Positions 11,531 through 21,920 of a stretch of 64,000 nucleotides of DNA are shown here, piece after piece. Source of the DNA: Pseudomonadota bacterium (GTDB lineage: Bacteria; Bdellovibrionota_C; UBA2361; OMII01). Both the position numbers and the translations under genes were made by a program. The stretch covers positions 64,693 through 128,692 of the forward strand of contig JBEGVS010000064.1 of assembly GCA_041178185.1 (NCBI GenBank), given 5' to 3'. How positions within the stretch are numbered: the stretch's first letter is position 1; every line of letters starts with the position of its first letter. The notes under the pieces were generated by a model. That model searched no databases, was not told the DNA's origin, and saw only the letters and a list, made by a program, of their open reading frames with translations.

Positions 11531-12940
11531 TCAGCATGAGGTGCTATTGACGCACCTGTTAGCTTCGAACGGGCCATAGCAGACACCGCCGAACTTCATG
11601 TAGATCTTGGATGAGCCGGAGCTCTGCTGCGCTCGAGATGCGACCTCAGCCCCTCCATACGGGGTGCTCTTCGCGCAGCGAATGCCGGCATAGTATCGAG
11701 CGCCCCATCCCCCACCAACAGCGTAGAGGCCGAGCTTTGCGACCACATTACCCTTGGTATCGATGGCGTCGATACAGGAGGGGAACGGTCCCGGCGCACC
11801 ACTCTTGAGAATTAAACCTATCGTCTTGCGCCGAATATCTGAGAAATGTTTCGAGCCAAATGTCTTGTAGATGTGCGTGCTCGGCATCCTTACAAACTTC
11901 GAGCATTGTGCCGGTGCTCCCGCGGCAGGGGTCTCACCACCTGTCGGCGTGCTCGGCGGGGCGGGAACGGCGGCCTCTAATCCAAGAGAATTGATATTCA
12001 CCTCGTCGACTGGAATGCCACCGAGTGCGACGGTCTCCGTAAGATCGATCGCTCGAGGATTGAGAAACGTCGCATACTCTCCACTCTCGTACAAAACTTC
12101 GTACCCAGGCTCTTGCATGAATTCACCGACGACACTCGTTCCGCCACCCGAGAATACACTGGAGGAGACAGCACCGCCCTCGAGATTAAACACCTTGACC
12201 GAAGTCTTTCCTCCACCTCCAACACTAAATCCGATCAAGTCGGCTCCCGTGCTCTGGCGCACCGGGAACGGTCGTGGGCGGCTTCCTTGGCTCGCCAATC
12301 GCGGAAGACGAGGAAACTGCTTTATCGCCCCTGAATTGATATCCATCATCCGGGCGAGCGTTCTAGAGTTTTTACCCGTGCGAGTAATACCGATCCAATC
12401 GACAGCCGAACCGGTCTCGGCTCTGGCATAGAAAACCCGGTCGCCTGCATCACCAAATTGAAACGTCTTCTGAACAGGCGAGTCTGAAGCGAAGAGATCG
12501 AACACCACCACCCACTGCGCCTTTCTATTCTCTAGACGAACCACCGCAGCATCCGCCAGGCCATTACCATCGAAATCAGCTCCGGAAACCACAAGGTCTC
12601 CCTTCTTACCCAACACCTTGGTGCGAACGTTTCCACTACCATCACGAATAGACCACTCAATCGCATTCGTCGCTGTGTTCAACGAAGCCACTCCTATCTG
12701 AGTACCTTCAGCCAACCACTGTGCCATGGTGATTGCATCACCCGCCCGGCCAAGTGTACCGAGAGCGGTCTGCGTCTGAGATGTCGAAAGTTGGGCTATC
12801 CATGTCAAAGATTTGTCACCCTCTATCTGAATGAAGGTCCGATCAGAGATACCATCACCGTCAAAGTCGTTGGGAACCGCGCCGTGGGCGTTCGACGCAA
12901 ACATGACACAACCAAGCAGGCCGATTACTATTTTTTTCAT
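11531..12940 (-). CDS. secreted FG-GAP/VCBS-repeat protein
   Basis: Signal peptide MKKIVIGLLGCVMFASNAHG, then repeated DFDGDGISD and DFDGNGLAD calcium-binding beta-propeller motifs. The ATG at MKKIV is preferred over the track's upstream GTG. Confidence 0.65.
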   Translation of the reverse strand: MKKIVIGLLGCVMFASNAHGAVPNDFDGDGISDRTFIQIEGDKSLTWIAQLSTSQTQTALGTLGRAGDAITMAQWLAEGTQIGVASLNTATNAIEWSIRDGSGNVRTKVLGKKGDLVVSGADFDGNGLADAAVVRLENRKAQWVVVFDLFASDSPVQKTFQFGDAGDRVFYARAETGSAVDWIGITRTGKNSRTLARMMDINSGAIKQFPRLPRLASQGSRPRPFPVRQSTGADLIGFSVGGGGKTSVKVFNLEGGAVSSSVFSGGGTSVVGEFMQEPGYEVLYESGEYATFLNPRAIDLTETVALGGIPVDEVNINSLGLEAAVPAPPSTPTGGETPAAGAPAQCSKFVRMPSTHIYKTFGSKHFSDIRRKTIGLILKSGAPGPFPSCIDAIDTKGNVVAKLGLYAVGGGWGARYYAGIRCAKSTPYGGAEVASRAQQSSGSSKIYMKFGGVCYGPFEANRCVNSTSC

Positions 12941-13215
12941 AGATCCCCGAAAGCTCCCTACACGCACAAGAGACGGTCTTGTGAAGGGGGTGGCAAGCCA
13001 ACCCCGGTAACCAAGTCCTATTCAAACTTCATGCCCCCCAAGGTGCTTTGAACGATCCGATTGGTATCGCTACGGGTCGAGAGACGACATTCGCTTCCCG
13101 GCTCTCCATCGAGAGCTCGCTTCGGCCTCGCCGCCGAATCACTTAGCGAGTGTGTACCAGGCCTTCCATCTCCTGGCTCATGGGAGACCGAGACAAGCAG
13201 CAAAACCCAAATTCA

Positions 13216-15045
13216 CTATATATGGTTACTGTCTGAACGACCGAGGCTTGACGCCCGCAAAGCGTTTCCAACCGCCCACAGATCTATCAACTCCTGGAGG
13301 AGAGCTCCCGCAACCGGTGCAAGATAGCCGGCGGCAGCTAACAACATCCCTCCGACACTCAATACCATCCCACCAACCGCGCTCTGCAACGCCACACGCC
13401 GCATATGACTACTAATGTGAAGGAACTGATCCACCTTACGCAATGACGGCTCAAGTATGACCGCTCCAGCGGCCTCCGATGTAATATCGCTTCGAGGTCC
13501 AAATGCCACACCGACGGTCGCCGTTGTGAGAGCTGGCGCATCATTAATACCATCTCCAAGATAGAGGGTCGCTGCACGCTCGGTCTCGGCACGGACGATA
13601 TCAACTTTCTCCTCTGGCGATTTACCGGCGTACACCTTTGAGATGTGTAGCTGCTTAGCTAGGTACTGCACCTCTTCATCCCGATCCCCGGAAAGCAGAA
13701 TAATCTCCTTAAAGTTGTGGTGGGGGCCCAAGTGATTGACGAATTCCCTACTCTCTGGGCGAGCTTCGTCCTGAAATCGAAATACCGCCGCCGGAGCATC
13801 ATCGATAAAAACAAGGCACTCAAGACCACTAGGAGCAGCCGTAAACGCATTTGAGAGATGCGGCGCCACTGCACGCCGCCCCGTAATAGCTATTTTTCGA
13901 CCCGCTACATTTCCCACAAGTCCTTGACCAGGAATCTCCTGCACATCCGACGAATCCGCCAGAAGGAGATGGCGCTGTTCAGCGGCCTGAATAACCGGTT
14001 GCGCCAGCGGATGTTTCGAGTATCTCTCAACGCTCGCCGTTAAGCGCAGCACCTCATCTTCTGCAATCCCAAGAGCCTCAATCTCGACCAAGCGGGGCTC
14101 CCCGATGGTAAGCGTACCGGTCTTGTCGGTAATCAATACCTCGCAGTTGTGCGCGCGCTCCAGTGCTATCGGGTCTTTAATAATAATCCCCCTCTTAGCT
14201 GACCACGAAATCGCTCCAATAATCGCGACCGGGATGGCGATGATCAGAGGGCACGGCGTCGCAACGACAAGCACAGCCAGAAACCGAGTGGCTTCCCCCG
14301 AAATGCCCCATGCTCCCAGCGCGATAACAACGGCTATGGGGGTGTAGAGAGCCCCGAGCCTATCCGCGAGCCGACGCAAGCGAGGGCGCTTCTGCCTGGA
14401 CACATCCATCACCTGCATGATCTTGGCGTAGCGTGAATCCTTCGCCTCCTTGCTCGCCCGAATGACAAGTGCCCCTTCCCCATTAATTGCACCTGAAATA
14501 ACCTCACATCCAGGGGTCTTCGAGATCCGATACGGCTCGCCCGTGAGATACGATTCATCCATGGAGCTTCGTCCCTCAGTGACTATCCCATCGACCGGGC
14601 AAAGCTCGTGCGGCAGCACTACTACCTCATCTCCAGCTCTCACCTGGTCGGCGGAGATATCCACCATGGTCACTCCGCTTCGCTTGTGAGCAAGAGAGGG
14701 CATCCTGCGTGCGAGGGCATCAAGCACTGATGAGGCTCGACGCATCGCGTATTCCTCCAGTGCGGTGCCACCGGACAGCATCAACACCACCAGTGCTCCT
14801 GCGATGTATTCCCCTAACACGACCGAGGTCACGATCGAGATGCCCGCCAGGAGATCGGAACCGAACTCGCCTTTGAACATCGCGACTAAGAGATTGAAAA
14901 CTAAAATGAGGCCGCCACCAATCAGCACCGTTATGACCGGCCAATCAGCTCCAGGGGAGTCGATACCGACGACATGGCGCAGTGCAACCGTCGCCGCAAT
15001 AGCAAGCACCGTCGCAACAGCTATAATAATGTTGAGATACTTCAT
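13216..15045 (-). CDS. heavy-metal (P1B-type) P-type ATPase, short form without an N-terminal metal-binding domain
   Basis: DKTGTLT phosphorylation site, GDGINDAPAL hinge, and the TM6 motif ATPCPL (TPCP rather than CPC). The protein is 609 aa. Confidence 0.85.
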   Translation of the reverse strand: MKYLNIIIAVATVLAIAATVALRHVVGIDSPGADWPVITVLIGGGLILVFNLLVAMFKGEFGSDLLAGISIVTSVVLGEYIAGALVVLMLSGGTALEEYAMRRASSVLDALARRMPSLAHKRSGVTMVDISADQVRAGDEVVVLPHELCPVDGIVTEGRSSMDESYLTGEPYRISKTPGCEVISGAINGEGALVIRASKEAKDSRYAKIMQVMDVSRQKRPRLRRLADRLGALYTPIAVVIALGAWGISGEATRFLAVLVVATPCPLIIAIPVAIIGAISWSAKRGIIIKDPIALERAHNCEVLITDKTGTLTIGEPRLVEIEALGIAEDEVLRLTASVERYSKHPLAQPVIQAAEQRHLLLADSSDVQEIPGQGLVGNVAGRKIAITGRRAVAPHLSNAFTAAPSGLECLVFIDDAPAAVFRFQDEARPESREFVNHLGPHHNFKEIILLSGDRDEEVQYLAKQLHISKVYAGKSPEEKVDIVRAETERAATLYLGDGINDAPALTTATVGVAFGPRSDITSEAAGAVILEPSLRKVDQFLHISSHMRRVALQSAVGGMVLSVGGMLLAAAGYLAPVAGALLQELIDLWAVGNALRASSLGRSDSNHI

Positions 15046-15393
15046 TCCGTCTCCCGAGACCGAATTCTAACGTATTTCCATGTACGTTAGTACAAAAGGC
15101 TTCCATCGTGCCCATGGTGAGAGTTGTAACAAAACCAGGCGGAGAGAACGAAAAGCGGGCACGTATACTCTACGATACGTTGAAGACTCTTTCGTTAGCT
15201 CCACCAAGGTTGAAGTCAAACTATCGAAATGCGCAACAGAGGATAGTCCTCCACATCCGTGCTAGCCGGCGTACCGATAACTTACCATTCCATCCCGCGG
15301 AGACACCATGCGATTTCTAGCGCGATAACCTCGTAGACAGTTTGAATCCAACTCTGCGATGATGTCGGTGACGCATTTGAGCCAACTAGCTTC

Positions 15394-16437
15394 ATGACCC
15401 ATCCCCACTCCACAGCCATCATTCACCCAAAAATCGACCCACTACTCGTAGGGGGGCTTTCGATCCCCGTATTGCTCGCATTTATACTCCTAAGCTCCGA
15501 GATCCCTCGAGAGCTCATCCTTGGAAATTTCTTACTACTAACCGTCCTCGTGAACGGGAGTCATTTTATGGCTTCCTATTCCCTCCTGTACTCATCTCGG
15601 GAATCGATACAACGTTATCGCATGGCATCCACCTACATGCCGCTCGCCTTGCTATCGGTGGGTGCGCTCGGACTTTGGATGGCAGCCCCGCCACGTAATG
15701 AGCCCGGGATTGTGCAGGGCATCTTGGTTATTACCGCCCTCTACCTGGCCCTGCACTATACCGGCCAAGCATGGGGCATGATAGCTTCATACGCCTACCT
15801 TCACGGCATTCGATTCACCAACGGAGAGCGTTTTCTCTTACGCGCATGCCTCCGCGTCATGGCGGGGTGGCAAATGGTGTGGGCCCTCACAACCAGCCCT
15901 TCCTACATTCCAACCCCGTTACTGCCTTGGCGGGAACCGTGCATGAGATGGGTCACCATCGCAGCGCTTTTGTCCCTCGTCGTGGGCGTGTGCACCCTTT
16001 TGGCGCTTCGACGTCGCCGGCAGGCTCCCCTTCCAGCCTCTATGATCCTACCGTTCGGAAGTCTTTATGTGTGGTACGGCTTCCTCTACCTGTATCCCCA
16101 ATCACTTTTCTGGGTGCAGATATTTCACGCAGTTCAGTATCTATCCTTTCCCGTAAGGGTTGAAGCAAACAGAATCGCCCAAAAGCAGAAAGAGCTTCTC
16201 ACCTCCTCTCAAGCACGACATCTCCTTACCTATTCGTTGAAGGTATGTGGTGCGAGCTTGCTCGTTTTTGTTGGGGTCGATAAGGCTCTCAACTATCCCA
16301 ACGGTGGATTCGAGGTCTACTCTCTCGTGTTCGTATCACTGATCAATATCCATCATTACTTCATCGATGGATGTATCTGGCATATCAGAAATCCTGCCGT
16401 TCGCGCTGATCTCTTTGCACACACCAAAGTACCCTAG
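15394..16437 (+). CDS. hypothetical polytopic membrane protein
   Basis: A 347 aa ORF with at least 8 hydrophobic segments. Confidence 0.5.
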   Translation: MTHPHSTAIIHPKIDPLLVGGLSIPVLLAFILLSSEIPRELILGNFLLLTVLVNGSHFMASYSLLYSSRESIQRYRMASTYMPLALLSVGALGLWMAAPPRNEPGIVQGILVITALYLALHYTGQAWGMIASYAYLHGIRFTNGERFLLRACLRVMAGWQMVWALTTSPSYIPTPLLPWREPCMRWVTIAALLSLVVGVCTLLALRRRRQAPLPASMILPFGSLYVWYGFLYLYPQSLFWVQIFHAVQYLSFPVRVEANRIAQKQKELLTSSQARHLLTYSLKVCGASLLVFVGVDKALNYPNGGFEVYSLVFVSLINIHHYFIDGCIWHIRNPAVRADLFAHTKVP

Positions 16438-16509
16438 GGAAGTGAGTCAAAAATCCTCCCTAGAGCTGTAAGAGCCCCACAGGAGGGGCTCTCACAGCTC
16501 TCAGCGCAA

Positions 16510-17883
16510 CTACCTCACGTAGATGCGTTTGGTGGAGATCTTGGCAGCTTTAGCTCGTTGAGCGATTACTCGCTTCAGCTCAGGCGTACATGCTGCGTTT
16601 TTCATATTCACGCTCCCCGTCGTTATCGCACCAAAGAGTGGATCAGTGGCGCTTGCCTGCGGCCCCAGAGCTGAAAGATATCGTTTCAGCGACGATTGAA
16701 CCTGTCGACTCACCTTAACCGAGGTCGTTGGCGCACCCTTCTTTAAGGACACCTTTAAGGTCCGAGCCGAAGGATCGTAATCCCCTATCCGGACGTTGAC
16801 TAACGCACCCACCGGCATCAGTCGAGTCGCATACAGATATGCAAGAGCCCTATCGCGCAAACCTATCGTTCCCTTCGCGAGCCCTTTCGTCACAAATGCT
16901 TTAAGAGACCGACGGGAAACCCGTACCTTTAATCCAGATCCCTGTTCGCTTGTCGAACAGAACGACGCATTTTGAGCCCGCGGATTTGATCCCCCCGGTC
17001 CAAATGGAGACTCAGGAGTTCCCCGATCAACACCACCATCACTATCGTCGGGATCTGGGGTTGGAGTAGGAGCCGGTCCTCCAGTCACATCCGGACTGGT
17101 CGGTGGACACGACGCCACTGAGCTCGGTTGAACCGCCGTCGACATTCCTGCCGGAATCGGGCCGGTCGTGGTGATAGTAAAGTTATCGATACGAACCCTT
17201 CCGTTTACCTCAGCAGCAAAAACTCCGAATGCTCGAACGGTTCCCGTCGTTGGGAGGGAAGTAGCATAGCCGTTAGGGGTCGCGGCACCGAGCCCCGTTA
17301 CATACGGAACAACTCCGTACAGTAGCTCGGAAGGATCTACCCTCACAGGCTCCCAGCGGTTCGGGTTACTCTGGCGAGTTGCCGTGCCCGAAATGTACCA
17401 GTTGTCATCAATAAGAAAGATAAGCTGCGTCTGATTCATGACGCCCGCAGCATCGATCCCACTGAGACGTTGCTCGTACTCAACGGTGGCGGGATATTTC
17501 GAGATGAGGCCGACATCGAAAGGGAATTCAGCAGTCAGGAACGAGAGTCCGTAGGTAGGTCTGAACCAAAACGAGTACCCCTCTGCCTTACCCCATGGGG
17601 AACTGTTGATCGAACCTCCCACGATGCGGCTGCCATACGAAAAGACCTTTAAGTTACTAAATTTCTCCTTCGGTAGCCCTGTCACTAACCCCAACCATCC
17701 AGTCTCATCAGCAGCCGGCTTTCCTAAACTAGCGGTGCAGTATTGGAAGGTCTCCTTATAGATGGTCTGTGACTCAGCCCACGCTCGCAACGGTGTGCCG
17801 ACTAGGGTTGCACTAAATCCGAGCACGAATGCGCCCGCACATGCTCTTGAAATTGATCTCGACACAAAGGGGGAAAATTTCAC
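16510..17883 (-). CDS. hypothetical secreted protein with a Pro/Thr-rich linker and a basic C-terminal domain
   Basis: Signal peptide, then a PTPTPDPDDSDGG linker, then a lysine- and arginine-rich C-terminus. Confidence 0.5.
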   Translation of the reverse strand: MKFSPFVSRSISRACAGAFVLGFSATLVGTPLRAWAESQTIYKETFQYCTASLGKPAADETGWLGLVTGLPKEKFSNLKVFSYGSRIVGGSINSSPWGKAEGYSFWFRPTYGLSFLTAEFPFDVGLISKYPATVEYEQRLSGIDAAGVMNQTQLIFLIDDNWYISGTATRQSNPNRWEPVRVDPSELLYGVVPYVTGLGAATPNGYATSLPTTGTVRAFGVFAAEVNGRVRIDNFTITTTGPIPAGMSTAVQPSSVASCPPTSPDVTGGPAPTPTPDPDDSDGGVDRGTPESPFGPGGSNPRAQNASFCSTSEQGSGLKVRVSRRSLKAFVTKGLAKGTIGLRDRALAYLYATRLMPVGALVNVRIGDYDPSARTLKVSLKKGAPTTSVKVSRQVQSSLKRYLSALGPQASATDPLFGAITTGSVNMKNAACTPELKRVIAQRAKAAKISTKRIYVR

Positions 17884-18027
17884 GGGAAACTCCTCGAAAA
17901 GGTAGGCATCGCATCATCTGCGGGACATGTAACCACGGAGGGTGGTACCCACAGGGATGTTAGCTATGTGATAGTCCTAACGAGAGCTTGTCTGAATGAC
18001 TAGCATCATGAGTTGAGGGCAGATCCT

Positions 18028-18813
18028 CTAGGCTCTCTCTGCCCACATGAGGAACTCTTTGTTTCCCTCGGTGCCCAATATCGGGGACGCGATCGTCGCC
18101 CGATGCGTAAGACCGACCGTGGGTAGAAACTCTTGTATGGCGTGGGTGACTTTGTCATGCACCACAGCACTCTGAATGATCCCCCCTTCGCCCACATCCT
18201 CTCGGGGGGCCTCGAACTGGGGCTTCACGAGCGCAACAATCACACCTCCGGGGACGAGCCACTTCGAGACAACCGGCAGAACTTTGGTCAGAGAGATAAA
18301 AGAAACGTCTATTGTCACTACATCAATCGGGTCGGGCAGTTGCTCCACGTAGCGAACATTTGTTCGCTCCATCACGACGACTCGAGGGTTTGTTCGGATC
18401 TTCCAATCAAGATCTCCATAGCCAACATCAATCGCGTAGACCCTCTCGGCCCCTCGCAGCAAGAGAACCTCTGTGAATCCTCCCGTGCACGCCCCAACAT
18501 CGGCGCATATCTTGCCGGAGGGGTTGATGTTGAATGAATCAAGCGCTCCGGCGAGCTTCAGAGCGCCCCGCCCCACAAAATCCTTTCGAGGCGCCAAGGT
18601 GATCTGAGCCTCAACGCTTATCATAGTGCCCGGCTTATCAACTAACACTCCCTCGACCCTCACCAGCCCAGCTCGAATGTGTTTCTCGGCGACCTCGCGT
18701 GAAGGAACGATCCCCTCGCGCACGAGTCGTTCGATCAGTTGTTGCTTACTATGAGATTTAGGGGCCATACACGAACAGTATCTCACACAATCGAGAGAAC
18801 ATCTCCTCCCCAT
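18028..18813 (-). CDS. tlyA: TlyA-family rRNA 2'-O-methyltransferase (S4 domain + FtsJ fold)
   Basis: S4-like N-terminus followed by GxGxG (DVGACTGGFTEVLL); GAGGTGA ribosome-binding site before the ATG at 18813. Confidence 0.8.
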   Translation of the reverse strand: MGRRCSLDCVRYCSCMAPKSHSKQQLIERLVREGIVPSREVAEKHIRAGLVRVEGVLVDKPGTMISVEAQITLAPRKDFVGRGALKLAGALDSFNINPSGKICADVGACTGGFTEVLLLRGAERVYAIDVGYGDLDWKIRTNPRVVVMERTNVRYVEQLPDPIDVVTIDVSFISLTKVLPVVSKWLVPGGVIVALVKPQFEAPREDVGEGGIIQSAVVHDKVTHAIQEFLPTVGLTHRATIASPILGTEGNKEFLMWAERA

Positions 18814-19061
18814 ATACGCTTCACCTCGTACGAGCCCGTTACTACTGAATCCGACTAAGCCACCCCGATCTCGCCTTGTATGCTTTTGATTCTGAGTTGG
18901 GGTCTGTCTGTTAGGGTCACGATCGGCAGCGCGCTAATCCTCAAGCATCGAATTGATTCCAGCGCAATCATCTGAAGCGCTAACTGGATCAAAAATTATT
19001 TAGAGCTGTACACCGCACCACTAATCGACTACAAACCATCTCAATCTCGTAGGCAGTTCTA

Positions 19062-19325
19062 TTGCAAGGTCGCTACTTCATGACACACAGCCCCGAACAC
19101 CTTTCTCATACGACATGCCTCAAAAAGGATCCCCGAGAGCTCATCGTGCTCGCCGATGTATGCTTCGAGATGTTCCCGATAAAAGAGCTACGCAGGCCGG
19201 GGCTTATTATTGACGAACTACGAGCGGCTTTCCCTGAATTCGATGAAGCAGAGATTCTGCAGGCGATCTCGATGGCCCTTTCATGGAGACGTCTTCTTAG
19301 GGATGCGGGGCGCCCGCTGCATTAA
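19062..19325 (+). CDS. hypothetical protein
   Basis: An ORF only, with no recognisable motif. Confidence 0.3.
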   Translation: MQGRYFMTHSPEHLSHTTCLKKDPRELIVLADVCFEMFPIKELRRPGLIIDELRAAFPEFDEAEILQAISMALSWRRLLRDAGRPLH

Positions 19326-19392
19326 GCAAAAGGTATTGGGGCTCTCGCGGCGATAAGGCGTTTCTTTGCAGCGCCCTTCTCAACACACGAGG

Positions 19393-19434
19393 TAAAAAAA
19401 AGAGGCGGCCGTGGTATCTACCACGACCGCCTCT
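19393..19434 (-). terminator. rho-independent terminator of the RRM-protein gene
   Basis: 13-bp GC-rich stem GAGGCGG(C/T)CGTGG with a 6-nt loop, followed on the minus strand by an 8-nt U-run. Confidence 0.6.
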
Positions 19435-19456
19435 TCCCTTAGGTTACGGGATGAAC

Positions 19457-19792
19457 TTAGCGACGACCGCCAAATCCTCCACCACCACCTTCACGGCGAC
19501 GAGGACGATCCCCACCACCACGATTGAAACCACCTTCTCGAGGTGCTCGCTCACGAGCGATATCAACCACGATAGAGCGGCCCTCAACATCGGTTCCGTT
19601 CAAGGTGTTTGCTGCGTTTTGAGCCTCATCCTCGCTGGACATCTCAACGAAGCCGAAGCCTCGCTTACGACCTGTAGCGGGATCAAGTACCACTCGTGCA
19701 GATACAACAGTCCCTGCTTGCGCGAACAAGCGATTAAGATCAGCGTCCTCAAGCGAGAATGGCAGGTTTCCTACGTACAACTTCTTTGACAT
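19457..19792 (-). CDS. RRM-type (RNP-1) glycine-rich RNA-binding protein
   Basis: LYVGNLPF (RNP-2) and RGFGFVEM (RNP-1) motifs, with a Gly/Arg-rich tail. Confidence 0.9.
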   Translation of the reverse strand: MSKKLYVGNLPFSLEDADLNRLFAQAGTVVSARVVLDPATGRKRGFGFVEMSSEDEAQNAANTLNGTDVEGRSIVVDIARERAPREGGFNRGGGDRPRRREGGGGGFGGRR

Positions 19793-20096
19793 TTACATTC
19801 CTCCACGGCATTTACAGTTCTGATAAGCCGCGGGAACGAAGTGACGGATCGTACACTTTCGCCTCTGAAGTAACTCGGTCGAGTGAGCCCAAACGAGCGA
19901 CCTCGGCGATGAACATCTTCCGGTATTGTCCCGGAGCGGAAACCAGATTAACTCCCACATGCTATCAAGCTCTTGACAACCGGGTCAATGATGATTTAAG
20001 GCTTCGCGCCCACTCGGCCTGAAGTGCCAGTAACCCCTTGAAGTAATGGAACTAAATTATTTGGCGATTAGCCCATCTCAAGGTGCATAAGCGGCC

Positions 20097-21299
20097 CTAT
20101 ATCCGCTGCGTGGTGGAAAAATCGGAGGAAGCCCCCATCTCCTCCAACCGAGTCCCGCGGGACACGAGCCCCTGAAAGGCGACCTCACCATAGAGGGAGA
20201 CATACTGATCCGTCACTGAGTCGAGAGAATATCCCTCAGAGATTCTGGTGCGCGCACGAGCGCCTCGAGCTCGCCGGGCATCCGCGCCCTCCTCACACAT
20301 GGAGACGAGGGCCTCCGCAAGATAGAGGCTCGATCGAGGGGGAACAACAATCCCTACCCCATCCAGCAACTCCCGAGCGTTCCCAACATCAGTGGCTACG
20401 CACGGCACCTCACAGCACATCGCCTCTCCCAGTACGTTTGAAAACCCCTCAACAACAGACGAGGAACAAAGTATATCCAGAGCCGAATAGAGGTCGACTA
20501 TCGGAGAGTACTCCCCGACAAGAATAACCCGTGAGGCTACCCCGGACGACACCAAGAGACGCCGCAGCTCCGGATTCGCCTCACTCATACCTCGACCGAC
20601 CAACATGAGGCGGGCGTTAGGAATACGCTTTATCACCTGGGATAGCGCACTGATCAGATAGGTGCGCCCCTTGGCTGTATCATCTCGGCCGATACTACCA
20701 ATCAGGATCTCGGACTCAGAGACGCCGTATCGCTGTCGCGCCATGTGTCGCATCTCAGATGACGCTGCGAGTCGCTCGACGTCGAATCCATTTCCAATAA
20801 CCACGCCGTTATGGGCCGAAAATCCGATCGCTTCATGTTGACTGCGACATGTATGGGTGCAGTGTACGATTCGATCTGCGTACGATGAGAGATGTCTGTT
20901 TGCACTAATCACCAAACGGGTCGAGAGCTTTCGCTCTCGGAAATCATCCGTCCCCCGCCGGATATTCCACAACAGCGGAACATTTCGTTTCAAGAGGGGC
21001 CTGGCAAGCGTCATCATGAGGTTAGCGTGATACATCCATCCCTGTAGCACGTTAGGGGCGAGGTCATTCAGAAGGGTTCTCAACCTGAGGAGAGCAACCA
21101 TCCCCCGAATCCCGGAGGATAGATTGAGTGAGTGAACGGGAATACCTCGAGCCTCGAATGCGTCAGCGAGAGGCTCTCTATCCGAAAGGCTCACAACAAC
21201 GTTGCTCACCCCTCGACGCTCAAGTCTTTCGGCCAACCGGAGCAACATCTTTTGAGCGCCATCTCCGCTCAATCCGGTGATACAGTGAACTACTCGCAT
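20097..21299 (-). CDS. glycosyltransferase family 4 (GT-B)
   Basis: A 400 aa ORF with the GT4 C-terminal EGFxxxxxEAMAxxxPVV motif (EGFSNVLGEAMCCEVPCVA). Confidence 0.85.
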   Translation of the reverse strand: MRVVHCITGLSGDGAQKMLLRLAERLERRGVSNVVVSLSDREPLADAFEARGIPVHSLNLSSGIRGMVALLRLRTLLNDLAPNVLQGWMYHANLMMTLARPLLKRNVPLLWNIRRGTDDFRERKLSTRLVISANRHLSSYADRIVHCTHTCRSQHEAIGFSAHNGVVIGNGFDVERLAASSEMRHMARQRYGVSESEILIGSIGRDDTAKGRTYLISALSQVIKRIPNARLMLVGRGMSEANPELRRLLVSSGVASRVILVGEYSPIVDLYSALDILCSSSVVEGFSNVLGEAMCCEVPCVATDVGNARELLDGVGIVVPPRSSLYLAEALVSMCEEGADARRARGARARTRISEGYSLDSVTDQYVSLYGEVAFQGLVSRGTRLEEMGASSDFSTTQRI

Positions 21300-21448
21300 A
21301 CTAGCTCGGCACCTCGCGCACAGTCTCCGAGACCCTTATACGGACTGATCTAATCCACGGTTATGAGCGTGCTTATCCCTGTGCCAACGGGAACCCGGAT
21401 ACAGGCGTATTAGTGGAGCACCCCGACAAACGGGGCGAACATAGCGTT

Positions 21449-21826
21449 TTAGGTTACCGAGGTCGTGCGAAGCTCTGCGAGCGCCTTATCGGCATCACGA
21501 GTAACCTTCTCCATGGCGTCGACACAATATGAGGTGCGAACTGAACCGAGCCCATCACTTCCCAAATCCTCGGTCGCTAAACGAAGCGCCTTGGTGAAAG
21601 CTTGGGCAAGCACAAGAACAGAATCGAGACCAACGGAGTTATCTCCGAGCTCATTAAGGATATACGCCGTTACATGTTCTACACGGGTATCATAGGGCTC
21701 CCACTTCTGTACCCCCATGACCTCTCTTTGCGCTGGAGTTCGCTGCATCGCCCGAGCCACTTGCGTATCAATGGCATGCATCGCCTGGAGAAGCCCCTCC
21801 TCTAACTTGTCACCTTTCGTGCCCAT
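21449..21826 (-). CDS. hypothetical protein
   Basis: An ORF only, with no recognisable motif. Confidence 0.35.
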   Translation of the reverse strand: MGTKGDKLEEGLLQAMHAIDTQVARAMQRTPAQREVMGVQKWEPYDTRVEHVTAYILNELGDNSVGLDSVLVLAQAFTKALRLATEDLGSDGLGSVRTSYCVDAMEKVTRDADKALAELRTTSVT

Positions 21827-21920
21827 ATCCGTGCCCCTCTTCCTGTGTGGCGATACACCGTTCCTACCCGTTAAGACTCACTTGGTGGGGTCCGAGATGC
21901 GGTTTTTACGGTCAATCGCC

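Noticed and set aside
11531-12967. A one-nucleotide disagreement between my hand indexing near 12960 and the ORF-track frame for the FG-GAP gene start.
   Set aside because: It is probably my counting error. It does not affect the call, and the start is reported as approximate.
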